A stretch of 64,000 bases of DNA, taken from positions 608,001-672,000 of the forward strand of contig CAWGYA010000008.1 of NCBI GenBank assembly GCA_963826715.1. The letters are read 5' to 3'. The notes under the pieces were generated by a model. That model was not told where the DNA came from and searched no databases. It saw only the letters and a list, made by a program, of their open reading frames with translations. Origin of the DNA: Candidatus Bathyarchaeota archaeon. GTDB lineage: Archaea > Thermoproteota > Bathyarchaeia > Bathyarchaeales > Bathycorpusculaceae. Below are positions 1 to 9,383 of the stretch, piece by piece; position 1 is the stretch's first letter; every line of letters starts with the position of its first letter. The translations under genes and the position numbers were made by a program.

Positions 1-1391
1 CAAGATGCGGGCGGAGTCCAAGTTGTGTTATAAAGCAGGTGACCTTCGTTGCTCGGTTCTAGGCTAATAGCCCATAGTGAAATTGCTGTACGACTTGCAC
101 TTGCACCGACAGCTCGATCACCAATCCATAAACGTTGGATGCTTCCCGGTAAGGTTCCTTCCGGCAGTGTTATCTCTGTATATGCCATCCGTTGAGCTGT
201 AGTAGAATTACTGCCCATGCCTCCGGCGTCTAAAGTCTGGTAATGTGTATTAGCAGCCCAGCTACCGCCTGCGCGGTATCCGCTTCCAGACCATGTTCCG
301 AAAGCAGTCATGTTCCAAATGCGCAATAGGTGCGATGACGAGGAATAAGAGTAGCGATAGATCCAACCGTTTTCATCAACAACTGTAGTACCTGAAGGAA
401 CATTCTCTACAGTGATCAATAGCTTTGCGGTCAGAGGGTCAAATGCATACCAAGTTGAGCCAGAGGTTACCCACAAGTATGAATAAACGCCATGGTGGTT
501 GTAGCCGTTCCATCGAAGTATTTGAGCCATTGAAATCGTTCGGTTATCTAGGAAGGTTGTAGTCCATAGGTGTTCTCCAGTGTGGATGTCATAAGCTTCG
601 TACTCCAGTGGGCGGTCACTAGTGCGGTGATTATAGATGACTACTCCTGATACGATGAATCTGCTTGTCCATTTGCCTTCGTATGCGTCTCCTGTACTAA
701 ATGCGTCTTCTTCAGCTTCTCCGCCAGCAATGCCTCCTAAAGCTAATGGTTGTGTCCATAGAATGTGTGCGCTTTCAGGTGCTTCCTCGTTGTATGGAAC
801 ATACTTGTTTTCTGGTGTCGATACTAGCCAGCTTCCTCCGATTGTGGTCCATTCTCTGAGTTGAGCATCGATTGGGCGGCTCCAGTATTCAGTTGGAAGT
901 GGATGTCCCGGATAGAGAGGTATTGGTTCTTGCGTCACTACAAGGTGTATTGGTGGGCTATATCCTTCTCGCATTATTGTGCCTAGTGCTAGGTATTGTG
1001 CGCGCTTGCTGCTTGATGTTTCTTGTTCGGGGAAATGAGCTTGTAATGTATAGTTGCCTGCTTCTGTTGGAATGAATATACCTCCAGTTCCGCCGGTAGA
1101 GTCGGTTTTGTAAGGTCCAAGGGTACTATTATGACCGTCAGGCCAAGTTACAGAAACAGTTATGCCTTCCCAGCCCATTTCAACTGATTGTAGTGCATGT
1201 GGACTTCCGATGTGAAGCAATAGTTCTTGGTTGACACCTATAGGGTTATTGATAACGCCAAGATAGGCATAACTTGGTACACTTGGCGGGTCGTCTTGTG
1301 CTATAGTGCTCGGCAAAGCAAAAACTGATACAGTCATGGTCAGTGTTAGAATCAAAGCAATCGAAATAGTCAAAGTTCTATTTTTTGACAT
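1..1391 (-). CDS. Secreted PQQ-like beta-propeller repeat surface protein (N-terminal part; runs off the window edge)
   Basis: Absent from the ORF track because it is open to the edge. Manual translation from ATG 1391 gives MSKNRTLTISIALILTLTMTVSVFALPSTIAQ (signal peptide), NNPIGVNQELL, GPYKTDSTGGT, PLPTEYWSRPIDAQLREW, APESAHILWTQP, GDAYEGKW. GGAG lies upstream. Confidence 0.85.
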   Translation of the reverse strand, partial: MSKNRTLTISIALILTLTMTVSVFALPSTIAQDDPPSVPSYAYLGVINNPIGVNQELLLHIGSPHALQSVEMGWEGITVSVTWPDGHNSTLGPYKTDSTGGTGGIFIPTEAGNYTLQAHFPEQETSSSKRAQYLALGTIMREGYSPPIHLVVTQEPIPLYPGHPLPTEYWSRPIDAQLREWTTIGGSWLVSTPENKYVPYNEEAPESAHILWTQPLALGGIAGGEAEEDAFSTGDAYEGKWTSRFIVSGVVIYNHRTSDRPLEYEAYDIHTGEHLWTTTFLDNRTISMAQILRWNGYNHHGVYSYLWVTSGSTWYAFDPLTAKLLITVENVPSGTTVVDENGWIYRYSYSSSSHLLRIWNMTAFGTWSGSGYRAGGSWAANTHYQTLDAGGMGSNSTTAQRMAYTEITLPEGTLPGSIQRLWIGDRAVGASASRTAISLWAISLEPSNEGHLLYNTTWTPPAS

Positions 1392-1934
1392 TTACATTCA
1401 TGTTCTCCAATTTATATTACACTTTACCTAAGTGTATGGCAAATCTTATCATACTTATATCTATTTAACACTTGCCATAACAATTAATCTATAAATAGCA
1501 AAGATGTTCCAAATTACCTTAAAAAACATCATTAATTCAATTTTTTAGTTGAACATAGCATTTAAAAAAAATAAATCAAAAACAGCGACTCTTAAGCACC
1601 AAACACCATGCATGAGCATCAAGCAATCAGGTTTACTCAGACCCGAGATATCATAAGACTGAGGAGAGAATCCAATACAACTGAAAGGAAATTGCCCCCA
1701 GAACGCACTCAATCCATAAAACTATCTTTCGGATAAGTGTACAGACTTATCAAAAAGAAAACAAAAAGACGATAGTTTGAATACCTTCAACGCTCCAAAG
1801 ACAAATATTTATTTTAGGCTGGAAAATAATAACAAAATAGTAAGTGAATTTCAACAAACAAAGATTTGACAAAGACCAGAAGGAGTGGAAGATTTCGCCC
1901 CCCCTTAACCCTAATAAAAGCCTTAAAAGAATAA

Positions 1935-2411
1935 TCAAATATTATTTCTATTGAGTTTATCATCGCAATATTTTATCTGTTTAAGCTCCGTTCTAATTTG
2001 GTTATATGAGGCTGCGCAATGACTGCAGCAGAAAGCTGTCTCAACCTTATCAATAACTTCGCGGTAGGCACCTTCGTAGACTTTACATCCACAGTGAGCA
2101 CAGACGTAGAGACTAGGCGTGATTGCGATGGAGACTAATTCTGCGAAGCGTTTGAAAAGACCCGTACAAAGTTCCCGTCCTTGGTCGGTGAGTTGGAAAA
2201 TTTTGCGTTCTTTCTCCCCCACCATCTCCGCGGCGTGACTTACCAGACTTTTCTCTTCAAGTTGTTGCAGAAAGGGATAAACAAGACTTGGGCTGATTTC
2301 CTTTTTTACACGATGTTTGAATTGGTTGATAATACTATAACCGTGGGTGGGTCCCTCGTAGAGTATTGTGAGGATATAGAAACGGGAAAAGTCGCAGATT
2401 AGGTCATCCAT
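1935..2411 (-). CDS. PadR-family wHTH regulator with C-terminal TRASH-like metal-binding domain
   Basis: ILTILYEGPTHGYSI...SLVYPFLQQLEEKSLV...RKIFQLTDQG is the PadR pattern, followed by CAHCG...FCCSHC. Start is more likely 2411 or 2423 than 2492. Confidence 0.85.
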   Translation of the reverse strand: MDDLICDFSRFYILTILYEGPTHGYSIINQFKHRVKKEISPSLVYPFLQQLEEKSLVSHAAEMVGEKERKIFQLTDQGRELCTGLFKRFAELVSIAITPSLYVCAHCGCKVYEGAYREVIDKVETAFCCSHCAASYNQIRTELKQIKYCDDKLNRNNI

Positions 2412-2506
2412 GTTTTGAATCATTTTACAATCATTTATGATTGGAGATTTGGCATTATAAATGTTTATTAGATATATCTGAAAAATACACATACAAGGTT
2501 TGAGCT

Positions 2507-2830
2507 ATGAATATAAGCCACTACAGATGTCTACCGGAAAAAGTCGAGTCATGCTGCATAAAAACAAAAACAACACCTCTAGTCTCTATCCCCCAAATCT
2601 AAAAAATCCGACATTTCCCTCTTTGAAATGCAGCCCAAAGGATGCAGCACCCTCCATTACCACAAAACCCAACACACACTTTTTATAATTGAAGGTGAAG
2701 GATCAATTTTGATGGAGAAAAGCTCATGCCTATACACCCAGATGATGTAATAACGATTCTACTCAACGAGTCGCACCAAATAAGAAATATTGGGAAAAAA
2801 CTTCTCAAGTATCTCTCCATAAGCAGTTAA
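2507..2830 (+). pseudogene. Frameshifted cupin-domain gene
   Basis: Joined frames give MNISHY...PLVS / DISLFEMQPKGCSTLHYHKTQHTLFIIEGEGSI / FDGEKLMPIHPDDVITILLNESHQIRNIGKKLLKYLSISS*. Cupin motifs 1 and 2 are present. Shifts occur near the C-run at about 2590 and the T-run at about 2708. Confidence 0.7.
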
Positions 2831-2849
2831 GGTAAAGACTTGCCTGCAA

Positions 2850-2916
2850 TTCCTCTGGACCGCTGTAGCTAAAAATATATGTTAGTTGCCACATTTAACT
2901 CTGGGTTCCAGAGGGA
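2850..2916 (+). promoter_or_regulatory. Nested hairpin / inverted repeat just upstream of the oxidoreductase start
   Basis: TTCCTCTGGA pairs with TCCAGAGGGA; an inner stem GTAGCTAA/TTAGTTGC needs G-U pairs. Confidence 0.45.
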
Positions 2917-2923
2917 AAGTTCT

Positions 2924-4309
2924 TTGAAATATGATGTAATTATTGTGGGCGCAGGCCCAGCAGGCATCTTCTCAGCGTTAGAACTAACCGAAAAAACCAA
3001 CCTCAGCGTCTTAGTAATTGACCGAGGCGCAGATATCAACAAACGCAAATGCCCCAGTAAAAGGGGTTTTGAATGCGTCCATTGTGAACCATGCTCAGTT
3101 CTCTCCGGTTGGGGAGGGGCAGGCGCCTACAGCGACGGTAAACTTACTTTATCAACCGAAGTAGGGGGTTGGTTAAACCAGTATGTCTCCACAAAAGAGC
3201 TTCAGGACCTTGTTAAATACTGTGATGACATCTATATTAAATTCGGAGCAAGCAAAGAAGTCTATGGCGGAGAAAACGCAGAGGTTGATGAAATTGAACG
3301 CCAAGCCTCACTGGCGGGGCTTAAACTAATTAAGCAAGAAGTCCGCCACATGGGCACAGACAGATGTCTCGAGACCCTCCTGCAGATGCGCAAAAATCTC
3401 GATAACAAGATCACTTTCTTACCCAATACCGAAGTTAAAGGACTAATCGCTGAAAACCAAACCATTCGAGGAGTCGAAACAGTCAACAACGAAAAAATCA
3501 TGGGCAAATACGTCATCATCGCTCCCGGTAGAGGCGGTGCAGAGTGGCTCCAAATGGAAGCTCAGATACGCGGCTTAAAAACCGTCAACAATCCTGTTGA
3601 TATCGGTGTTCGAGTGGAACTATTGGCTTCAGTCATGGAGAAACTCACCAAAGTACTTTATGAGCCCAAACTACTTTACTTCTCCCACTCTTTCGACGAC
3701 CAAGTCCGCACTTTTTGTGTCTCTCCCTACGGCGAAGTCACCACCGAATCCTATGACGGCGTCTTAACTGTTAATGGCGGCAGCCAAGCAGAAACCAAAA
3801 CTGCCAACACCAACTTCGCTATACTCGTAAGCACCCAATTCACAGAGCCCTTCAAAGAACCAATAGCCTACGGCAAATACATCGCACGGCTCTCCAACTT
3901 GCTCAGCGGTGGCGTAATGGTGCAACGCCTAGGCGACTTAAATCATGGCAGGCGCAGCACACCAGAGCGAATTTCTCACAGTGTCTTAACCCCCACCCTC
4001 AAAAACGCCACACCCGGCGACCTCAGTTTCGTTTTGCCCTACCGCTACTTAACAGACATACGCGAGATGCTTGAGGCTCTTGATAAAATCGCGCCAGGAG
4101 TTGCCTCGCCAGAAACGCTGCTTTACGGTGTCGAAGTCAAATTCTACTCATCTCACCTACAGCTCACAAATATGTTAGAGACAAAAATCGAGAACATGTT
4201 CACTATCGGCGACGGTGCAGGCGTCACCCGTGGACTCATCCAAGCATCCGCTTCAGGGGTCATTGTAGCCCGGGAAATCCTCAAACGAGAGAACCTGCTG
4301 AAGGCGTAA
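2924..4309 (+). CDS. NAD(P)/FAD-dependent oxidoreductase (uncharacterized FAD-dependent dehydrogenase, COG2509-like)
   Basis: YDVIIVGAGPAG, GWGGAGAYSDGKL, HMGTD, IGDGAGVTRGL and an N-terminal Cys cluster. The TTG start at 2924 is preferred. Confidence 0.85.
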   Translation: MKYDVIIVGAGPAGIFSALELTEKTNLSVLVIDRGADINKRKCPSKRGFECVHCEPCSVLSGWGGAGAYSDGKLTLSTEVGGWLNQYVSTKELQDLVKYCDDIYIKFGASKEVYGGENAEVDEIERQASLAGLKLIKQEVRHMGTDRCLETLLQMRKNLDNKITFLPNTEVKGLIAENQTIRGVETVNNEKIMGKYVIIAPGRGGAEWLQMEAQIRGLKTVNNPVDIGVRVELLASVMEKLTKVLYEPKLLYFSHSFDDQVRTFCVSPYGEVTTESYDGVLTVNGGSQAETKTANTNFAILVSTQFTEPFKEPIAYGKYIARLSNLLSGGVMVQRLGDLNHGRRSTPERISHSVLTPTLKNATPGDLSFVLPYRYLTDIREMLEALDKIAPGVASPETLLYGVEVKFYSSHLQLTNMLETKIENMFTIGDGAGVTRGLIQASASGVIVAREILKRENLLKA

Positions 4310-4313
4310 ACGC

Positions 4314-5057
4314 ATGGCTGTGGCAGAGAACATCCGGTGTTCGCATTGCGGTGCACCTGTGGAGTTTAAGCCTGGAGAACTAGTTGCCACATGTAAATAT
4401 TGCGGCTTCACAACCGTCATTGAGACAGGGCAAGCCTTCAACTTTGAACACGCCATTCTCCTTAACAACTACAATCCCGAGCAAATTGAGAGCCTGATTC
4501 GGGATTGGATGCACTCGGGCTTCATGAAACCGGGCGATTTAGCTAAAAAATCCAAAATCACCGAGAAAAACCTTGTTTATCTGCCGTTTTGGGTGGTGAC
4601 TGCCGAAGCCACAACCAAATACAAAGGCATCTTTGAGCGGATAGCACCACCAATTGTTAAGGAAGGACAAATCCAGAAAGAATACAATTGGCTGGTGCTG
4701 GCAAGGGCAGCCGCTGATTTTCCCACCCACGAATACGATGTGCCCTTGGCGGGCAAGGTACCTTTTGACTTCCGCAAAATCGAGGGGTTCGCAAAAGTGC
4801 TCAACAGCGAGATGCAGCGTGAGCAAGCTTTTGAGTTGGCGCGGCAGCAGATTGATGAGCATCACCGTTTTCTGCTCCAACAGGACATAGACCGCATCAT
4901 CGAATCCCAGACCAGCGTGAATCTCAAGCAGATGGTTTATTTGCACGCGCCTGCGTGGTTCATTAAGTATGAGTACAAAGGCAACAGGTACCAGATTATT
5001 GTAGAAGGCGCAAAAGGCATGGTTCTCAAGGGCGACATCCCCAACACCAAGGTATAG
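4314..5057 (+). CDS. Zinc-ribbon protein, YdjG-like
   Basis: CSHCGA...CKYCG zinc ribbon and repeated YLPFW / YLHAPAWFIKY...G.V.GDIP motifs. Confidence 0.65.
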   Translation: MAVAENIRCSHCGAPVEFKPGELVATCKYCGFTTVIETGQAFNFEHAILLNNYNPEQIESLIRDWMHSGFMKPGDLAKKSKITEKNLVYLPFWVVTAEATTKYKGIFERIAPPIVKEGQIQKEYNWLVLARAAADFPTHEYDVPLAGKVPFDFRKIEGFAKVLNSEMQREQAFELARQQIDEHHRFLLQQDIDRIIESQTSVNLKQMVYLHAPAWFIKYEYKGNRYQIIVEGAKGMVLKGDIPNTKV

Positions 5058-5127
5058 CTGCCTCAAACAAATCTTTAAAAGCAACCCCTTTTTTATTACG
5101 GAATGAAAATATGGGAGGATTTATGAA

Positions 5128-5667
5128 ATGAGTGAAAATAAAGATGTGTATGCTCAAGCGAAAAGCCAAATGAGGCTTTCTGAAAAAATCGCCGCCGCTC
5201 TGCCCGGTTTCCGCGGATACAAAGAGAAGGAACTCCGCCGAGAATCCGATAAACTCATACGTAATCATCTCGCCCTCAAACTATCAAAAGATAAGAATAA
5301 CGTCCGCAGCATCTCTCAAAAGATAGCGGATAAACGTTACCTCGACGTGTTAGCCGACATAGATAGATTAACAGCCAAGATGGACCGCATCACAGAGAAA
5401 GTCAACCACGCATCCTACGGCTACTCTGGCTTCTTTGACATCGTTAAAATCAAGGAGCAAAACCTCGACCAGATGATAGCCTATGATAACCAACTCCTCG
5501 ATAGCGTCAACGCATTAAGCGCTGAAATCGACGGCTTCAAAGCGCAACTGCTAATCGGGGACAACTTAAACCTCAAAGACAAAATCCAAAGCGTAACTAA
5601 CAAGTTTGAGATGCTCGAAGACACGTTTGATAAAAGACAAGAAGTAATAATGGGAGTGAATGCATAA
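5128..5667 (+). CDS. Conserved helical/coiled-coil hypothetical protein
   Basis: 179 aa, all-helical character, with LPGFRGYKEKELRRESD and ASYGYSGFFD motifs. GGAGG RBS upstream; the stop overlaps the next start (TAATG). Confidence 0.75.
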   Translation: MSENKDVYAQAKSQMRLSEKIAAALPGFRGYKEKELRRESDKLIRNHLALKLSKDKNNVRSISQKIADKRYLDVLADIDRLTAKMDRITEKVNHASYGYSGFFDIVKIKEQNLDQMIAYDNQLLDSVNALSAEIDGFKAQLLIGDNLNLKDKIQSVTNKFEMLEDTFDKRQEVIMGVNA

Positions 5668-6647
5668 TGCCACAAGTAATTGAATGGGCAAACATTGGAG
5701 CCGAAGACATCCTCTGGCGCTACCCCAACGAAGACATCACATGGGGCGCCCAACTAATAGTGCACGAATACGAGATGGCGGTGTTCTTCCGAGACGGCAA
5801 AGCCTACGATGTATTTGGACCTGGACGCCACACCCTAACCACCCTAAACTTGCCCATACTCACAAGCCTCCTCACAAGGCTAGCAGGCTTCGGCGGCAAC
5901 AAACCGTTTAAAGCTACGGTTCTCTTCATCAGCACCAAAGTGTTTGCTGGCAAATGGGGAACTCGAGCCCAAACCACCGAATTGGCACCTCTTCAAGTCT
6001 ATGGACAATTCTGGTTCAAAGTAGGCGATGCCACACTATTCGTTAACGAAGTTGTCGGCGGACAAAGCGCATATACAACTGACGGCGTTAACAACTTCCT
6101 CCGTGGCTTTCTCAACGAGAAAATAATCGACGAGCTCAGTCACTATGACCTTGTCACAGTCTTCACGCGTTTAGACGAAACCAGCGTCATTGTCAAAAAC
6201 ACATTAATTGACTACTTCAAACGAGTCGGCATCGAACTTACTGATCTGCGCTTTGAGGGCATTGACACCACTCCAGAATACCGTGAACGTCTCTTCTGGC
6301 TCAAAACAGGCCAAACCGCACCCGGCGACGTACTGCGCATGGAAACCGTAAAGAGCGCCGCTGCAAGTCTGGGTCAAAGCGGAGGCGGTGCAGGTGCACT
6401 CGGCGCAGGCATGGTGCTTATTCCCCAAATAATGAATCAGCAAGGTACATCCCAAGCTGCACCTGCAGCGGCGCTGGTTATATGCCCCAAATGCGGCGAA
6501 AAAGTGCCCGCCACAAGCAAATTCTGCCCCAACTGCGGAACCAACCTTACCCCTCCAAGCCAGCAAGCCATCGCCTGTCCTAAATGCGGAAAATCAATCC
6601 CCGCAAACAGCAAGTTCTGCCCTGAATGCGGACAAAAAATTGCATAG
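5667..6647 (+). CDS. SPFH (band 7) domain protein with C-terminal double zinc ribbon, YdjI-like
   Basis: AQLIVHEYEMAVFFRDGK...FGPGRHTLTTLNLP, KWGT, a Gly-rich linker and four CPxCG motifs. Confidence 0.88.
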   Translation: MPQVIEWANIGAEDILWRYPNEDITWGAQLIVHEYEMAVFFRDGKAYDVFGPGRHTLTTLNLPILTSLLTRLAGFGGNKPFKATVLFISTKVFAGKWGTRAQTTELAPLQVYGQFWFKVGDATLFVNEVVGGQSAYTTDGVNNFLRGFLNEKIIDELSHYDLVTVFTRLDETSVIVKNTLIDYFKRVGIELTDLRFEGIDTTPEYRERLFWLKTGQTAPGDVLRMETVKSAAASLGQSGGGAGALGAGMVLIPQIMNQQGTSQAAPAAALVICPKCGEKVPATSKFCPNCGTNLTPPSQQAIACPKCGKSIPANSKFCPECGQKIA

Positions 6648-6658
6648 GACCACCAATT

Positions 6659-6997
6659 ATGAGCGAGAGTAATCGGGAACTGTTAACCATCGGTGTCGTC
6701 ATCATCACCATCATTGTAGCGTCACTGCTCTATGTCGCCAATCTGATAAATTGGACATTAATTGTGCCTGTGATTCTGCTGCCTTCTGGGCTCTGGCTGA
6801 TCATACTAGGGGCAATTAGAATGGGCAACCCCGTCAAATATGAACGCACCCCCTTCAGCACCGCCGCGTTAGGTCTCTTGGCAATCGCCTTGGGAGTAGC
6901 ATGGATAGTCTTCAGCATAAACTGGCTTTACTCAATCATCGTAATACTGCTGGTTGCCGCTGGCTTAGCAATCATAACTGCACTCAAACGCAAATAA
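6659..6997 (+). CDS. Small integral membrane protein (about 4 TM)
   Basis: Four hydrophobic segments; starts 11 nt after the SPFH gene. Confidence 0.7.
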   Translation: MSESNRELLTIGVVIITIIVASLLYVANLINWTLIVPVILLPSGLWLIILGAIRMGNPVKYERTPFSTAALGLLAIALGVAWIVFSINWLYSIIVILLVAAGLAIITALKRK

Positions 6998-7073
6998 CAA
7001 CCTCTGAGCCCTTTTGCGGCTCTAAACATTTTTTTATCTCATCGCACAGTCAATTGGCTGAAGGCATGCTATT

Positions 7074-8678
7074 ATGAGTGAGGAAATTATCGGTCACGGT
7101 ACATGGTATGATTTGATGGCTAAGAAAGTCATCGAGCAAGAGCAAACCCTAAAACGCGACATGAACTGTGTCCGCACCGAAATGGGCTTAGGTGCATCAG
7201 GCTTTCCCCACATCGGCAGCCTAGGCGACGCTGCACGAAGCTACGCAGTTACGCTCGCGCTAAAAGAGCAAGGCGTCAACTCCACGCTGGTAGCCTACTG
7301 CGACGACAAAGATGGCCTACGTAAAGTACCCGCAGGACTCACTAAGCAAGGTCTAGAAAAATACCTCGGCTATCCCGTCTCAAGCATACCTGACCCGTTC
7401 GGATGCCATGAAAGTTACGGCAAACACATGAGCAGCTTGCTTTTGGAGGCGCTAGATAAAACCGGCATCGAATACAGATATTACTCCGCCAAAGAAGTCT
7501 ACGAAAAAGGCATAATATTAAACGAGGTCCGAACCATTCTCACTAACGCCCAACAAGTGGGACAAATAGTTAAAGAGGAAGTCGGGCAGGACACCTACAC
7601 TGAAGTTCTTCCCTTCTTTGCAGTCTGCGAAAAATGTGGGCGCATCTATACCACTCGCGCATATAACTTTGACCCAAAAACCGATAAAGTATACTACAAA
7701 TGTGAGGGGCTTGAAATCCGAGGCAAACTCCTCTCAGGTTGCGGGTACGAAGGCGAAGTAGACATAAAAACTGGCAACGGTAAACTTACATGGAAAGGCG
7801 AATTCGCTGCTCGATGGAAAGCGCTGGATATCCGTTTTGAAGCCTACGGTAAAGACATCGCAGATTCTGTTAAAATTAATGATCGCATCTGTCGCGAAGT
7901 ACTCCAATTTGAGCCGCCGTCGCATGCTCAATATGAGATGTTCCTCGATAAGGGTGGCAAAAAAATAAGCAAATCCGCGGGTAACGTGTTCACACCTCAG
8001 GTCTGGTTTAACTACGGTTCGTCTCAATCGCTTCTGCTGTTGATGCTTAAGCGTTTTGTGGGGACTCGTAGCCTCGACGTCTCCGACATCCCAACCTACA
8101 TGAACGAACTTGATTATATGGAGGATGTTTATTTCGGCAAGAAACAGGTGAACGAGAAAGAGAGGCAAAGAATAAGCGGACTGTTTGAGTATTGCTACTT
8201 GCTAAAGCCTCCAACCAAAGCAAGTATACATGTACCCTACAACCTTTTGGCGTTTCTCGTCAAAATGGCACCCAAGGAATGCTTGAATGACTATATTACA
8301 GAGAAACTTCAAAGCTACGGATACCTCCAGAAAAATCAGGGGTTGGATGCAGGGCTTCTACAACGTATAGACTACGCCTCAAGTTGGACACGGGATTTAG
8401 AGGAAATAACAGAAACCGAAGTTAAACTCTCCGCCGAAGAAAAGAAAGCCATAATCGAACTCAGCGGCAACCTCAAAGAAGAAGATGATGCAGACAAAAT
8501 CCAGAACGCCATTTTTAACGCCGCCAAAACCAACGGACTCAAACCCGGCGCTTTCTTTAAGGTGCTTTATCAGGTATTGATGGGCGCCCCTCAAGGCCCG
8601 CGGTTGGGACCTTATGTGTTAGCAATGGGAAAGCAGAACGTGGTGGCGGCTCTGGAGCGAGCTTCGCAGAAGAAATAA
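7074..8678 (+). CDS. lysS: Lysine--tRNA ligase, class I
   Basis: GASGFPHIGS (HIGH-like), FEAYGKDI, KISKS (KMSKS-like), GPRLG. Confidence 0.95.
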   Translation: MSEEIIGHGTWYDLMAKKVIEQEQTLKRDMNCVRTEMGLGASGFPHIGSLGDAARSYAVTLALKEQGVNSTLVAYCDDKDGLRKVPAGLTKQGLEKYLGYPVSSIPDPFGCHESYGKHMSSLLLEALDKTGIEYRYYSAKEVYEKGIILNEVRTILTNAQQVGQIVKEEVGQDTYTEVLPFFAVCEKCGRIYTTRAYNFDPKTDKVYYKCEGLEIRGKLLSGCGYEGEVDIKTGNGKLTWKGEFAARWKALDIRFEAYGKDIADSVKINDRICREVLQFEPPSHAQYEMFLDKGGKKISKSAGNVFTPQVWFNYGSSQSLLLLMLKRFVGTRSLDVSDIPTYMNELDYMEDVYFGKKQVNEKERQRISGLFEYCYLLKPPTKASIHVPYNLLAFLVKMAPKECLNDYITEKLQSYGYLQKNQGLDAGLLQRIDYASSWTRDLEEITETEVKLSAEEKKAIIELSGNLKEEDDADKIQNAIFNAAKTNGLKPGAFFKVLYQVLMGAPQGPRLGPYVLAMGKQNVVAALERASQKK

Positions 8679-8837
8679 TATACAGTTAAACAAAGTTGAC
8701 CGAAGTTTTATTTGACAGAAAATCTTACCTTTTCTTCGGCTAAAAAATCTTTTTCAATGATTTCCCTTTTCGCGGTCAAACCGCCAAATACCCGCAGGTC
8801 CCTTTAGTACTCAACAGAACAGAGGAAACCAAGAAGT

Positions 8838-8874
8838 AGAACAACAACAATTGGAAATCCTTTGTTGTTGTTCT
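8838..8874. repeat. Perfect 13-bp inverted repeat in a 570-bp AT-rich intergenic region
   Basis: AGAACAACAACAA - 11 nt spacer - TTGTTGTTGTTCT. Confidence 0.8.
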
Positions 8875-9210
8875 TTTGAATTTTAACTTGAAGTAGAAAG
8901 AAAAAAAAATTTGAGAAGTTTTTTCTTCTTTCACCAGAAAATGCTTGCCTCTTGAGAAGCAAATTGAACTGTCAGTTTAGGCAAAATCGACTATTCCTAT
9001 TTTTTGAAATAAGAATACAACAACTAATCATAACCTTTTAGAAAAATAGTCCGATAACTGATAGCTGATGAATAACCATTTTTGTCTTTTATTTGGGCTG
9101 TGTATGTCAAATAATATTCAGGACTAAACAGGTCTATATGTCCATTTAGAGTTCTCTTTTTTGGTAAGGGGTATTATCGTCTAAACATGTGCCCTTCAAT
9201 TTTTGAAGGG

Positions 9211-9218
9211 TATATATT
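9211..9218 (+). promoter_or_regulatory. TATA box candidate for tRNA-Arg
   Basis: TATATATT preceded by purines (GAAGGG), about 35-40 nt upstream of the mature tRNA 5' end. Confidence 0.5.
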
Positions 9219-9251
9219 ATAGTCTGTCTATTTTTGTATACTCTAGTGTCA

Positions 9252-9330
9252 GGGCCTGTCGTCTAGTACGGATTATGACACCGGCCTGCGGAGCCGGAGG
9301 TCCTGGGTTCAAATCCCAGCGGGCCCGCCA
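9252..9330 (+). tRNA. tRNA-Arg (anticodon GCG), intronless, CCA encoded
   Basis: Acceptor stem GGGCCTG/CGGGCCC, anticodon arm CCGGC-CTGCGGA-GCCGG, T arm CTGGG-TTCAAAT-CCCAG, 3' GCCA. Confidence 0.95.
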
Positions 9331-9383
9331 ATTTCCATCCAAAGTAATAAAAGCAGTTGGCTTCTACTTGTCTGTTAAGCACA

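Noticed and set aside
637-1075. Plus-strand ORFs 637-864 and 872-1075
   Set aside because: They are antisense shadows of the minus-strand beta-propeller gene.
1732-1751. Short inverted repeat GATAAGT-N6-ACTTATC
   Set aside because: A single 7-bp stem is within chance expectation and has no supporting context.
2500-2688. 62-aa ORF from the track
   Set aside because: It is an off-frame reading of the frameshifted cupin gene.
9060-9130. Possible box C/D RNA (TGATGA at about 9066)
   Set aside because: There is no downstream CTGA D box or terminal stem.
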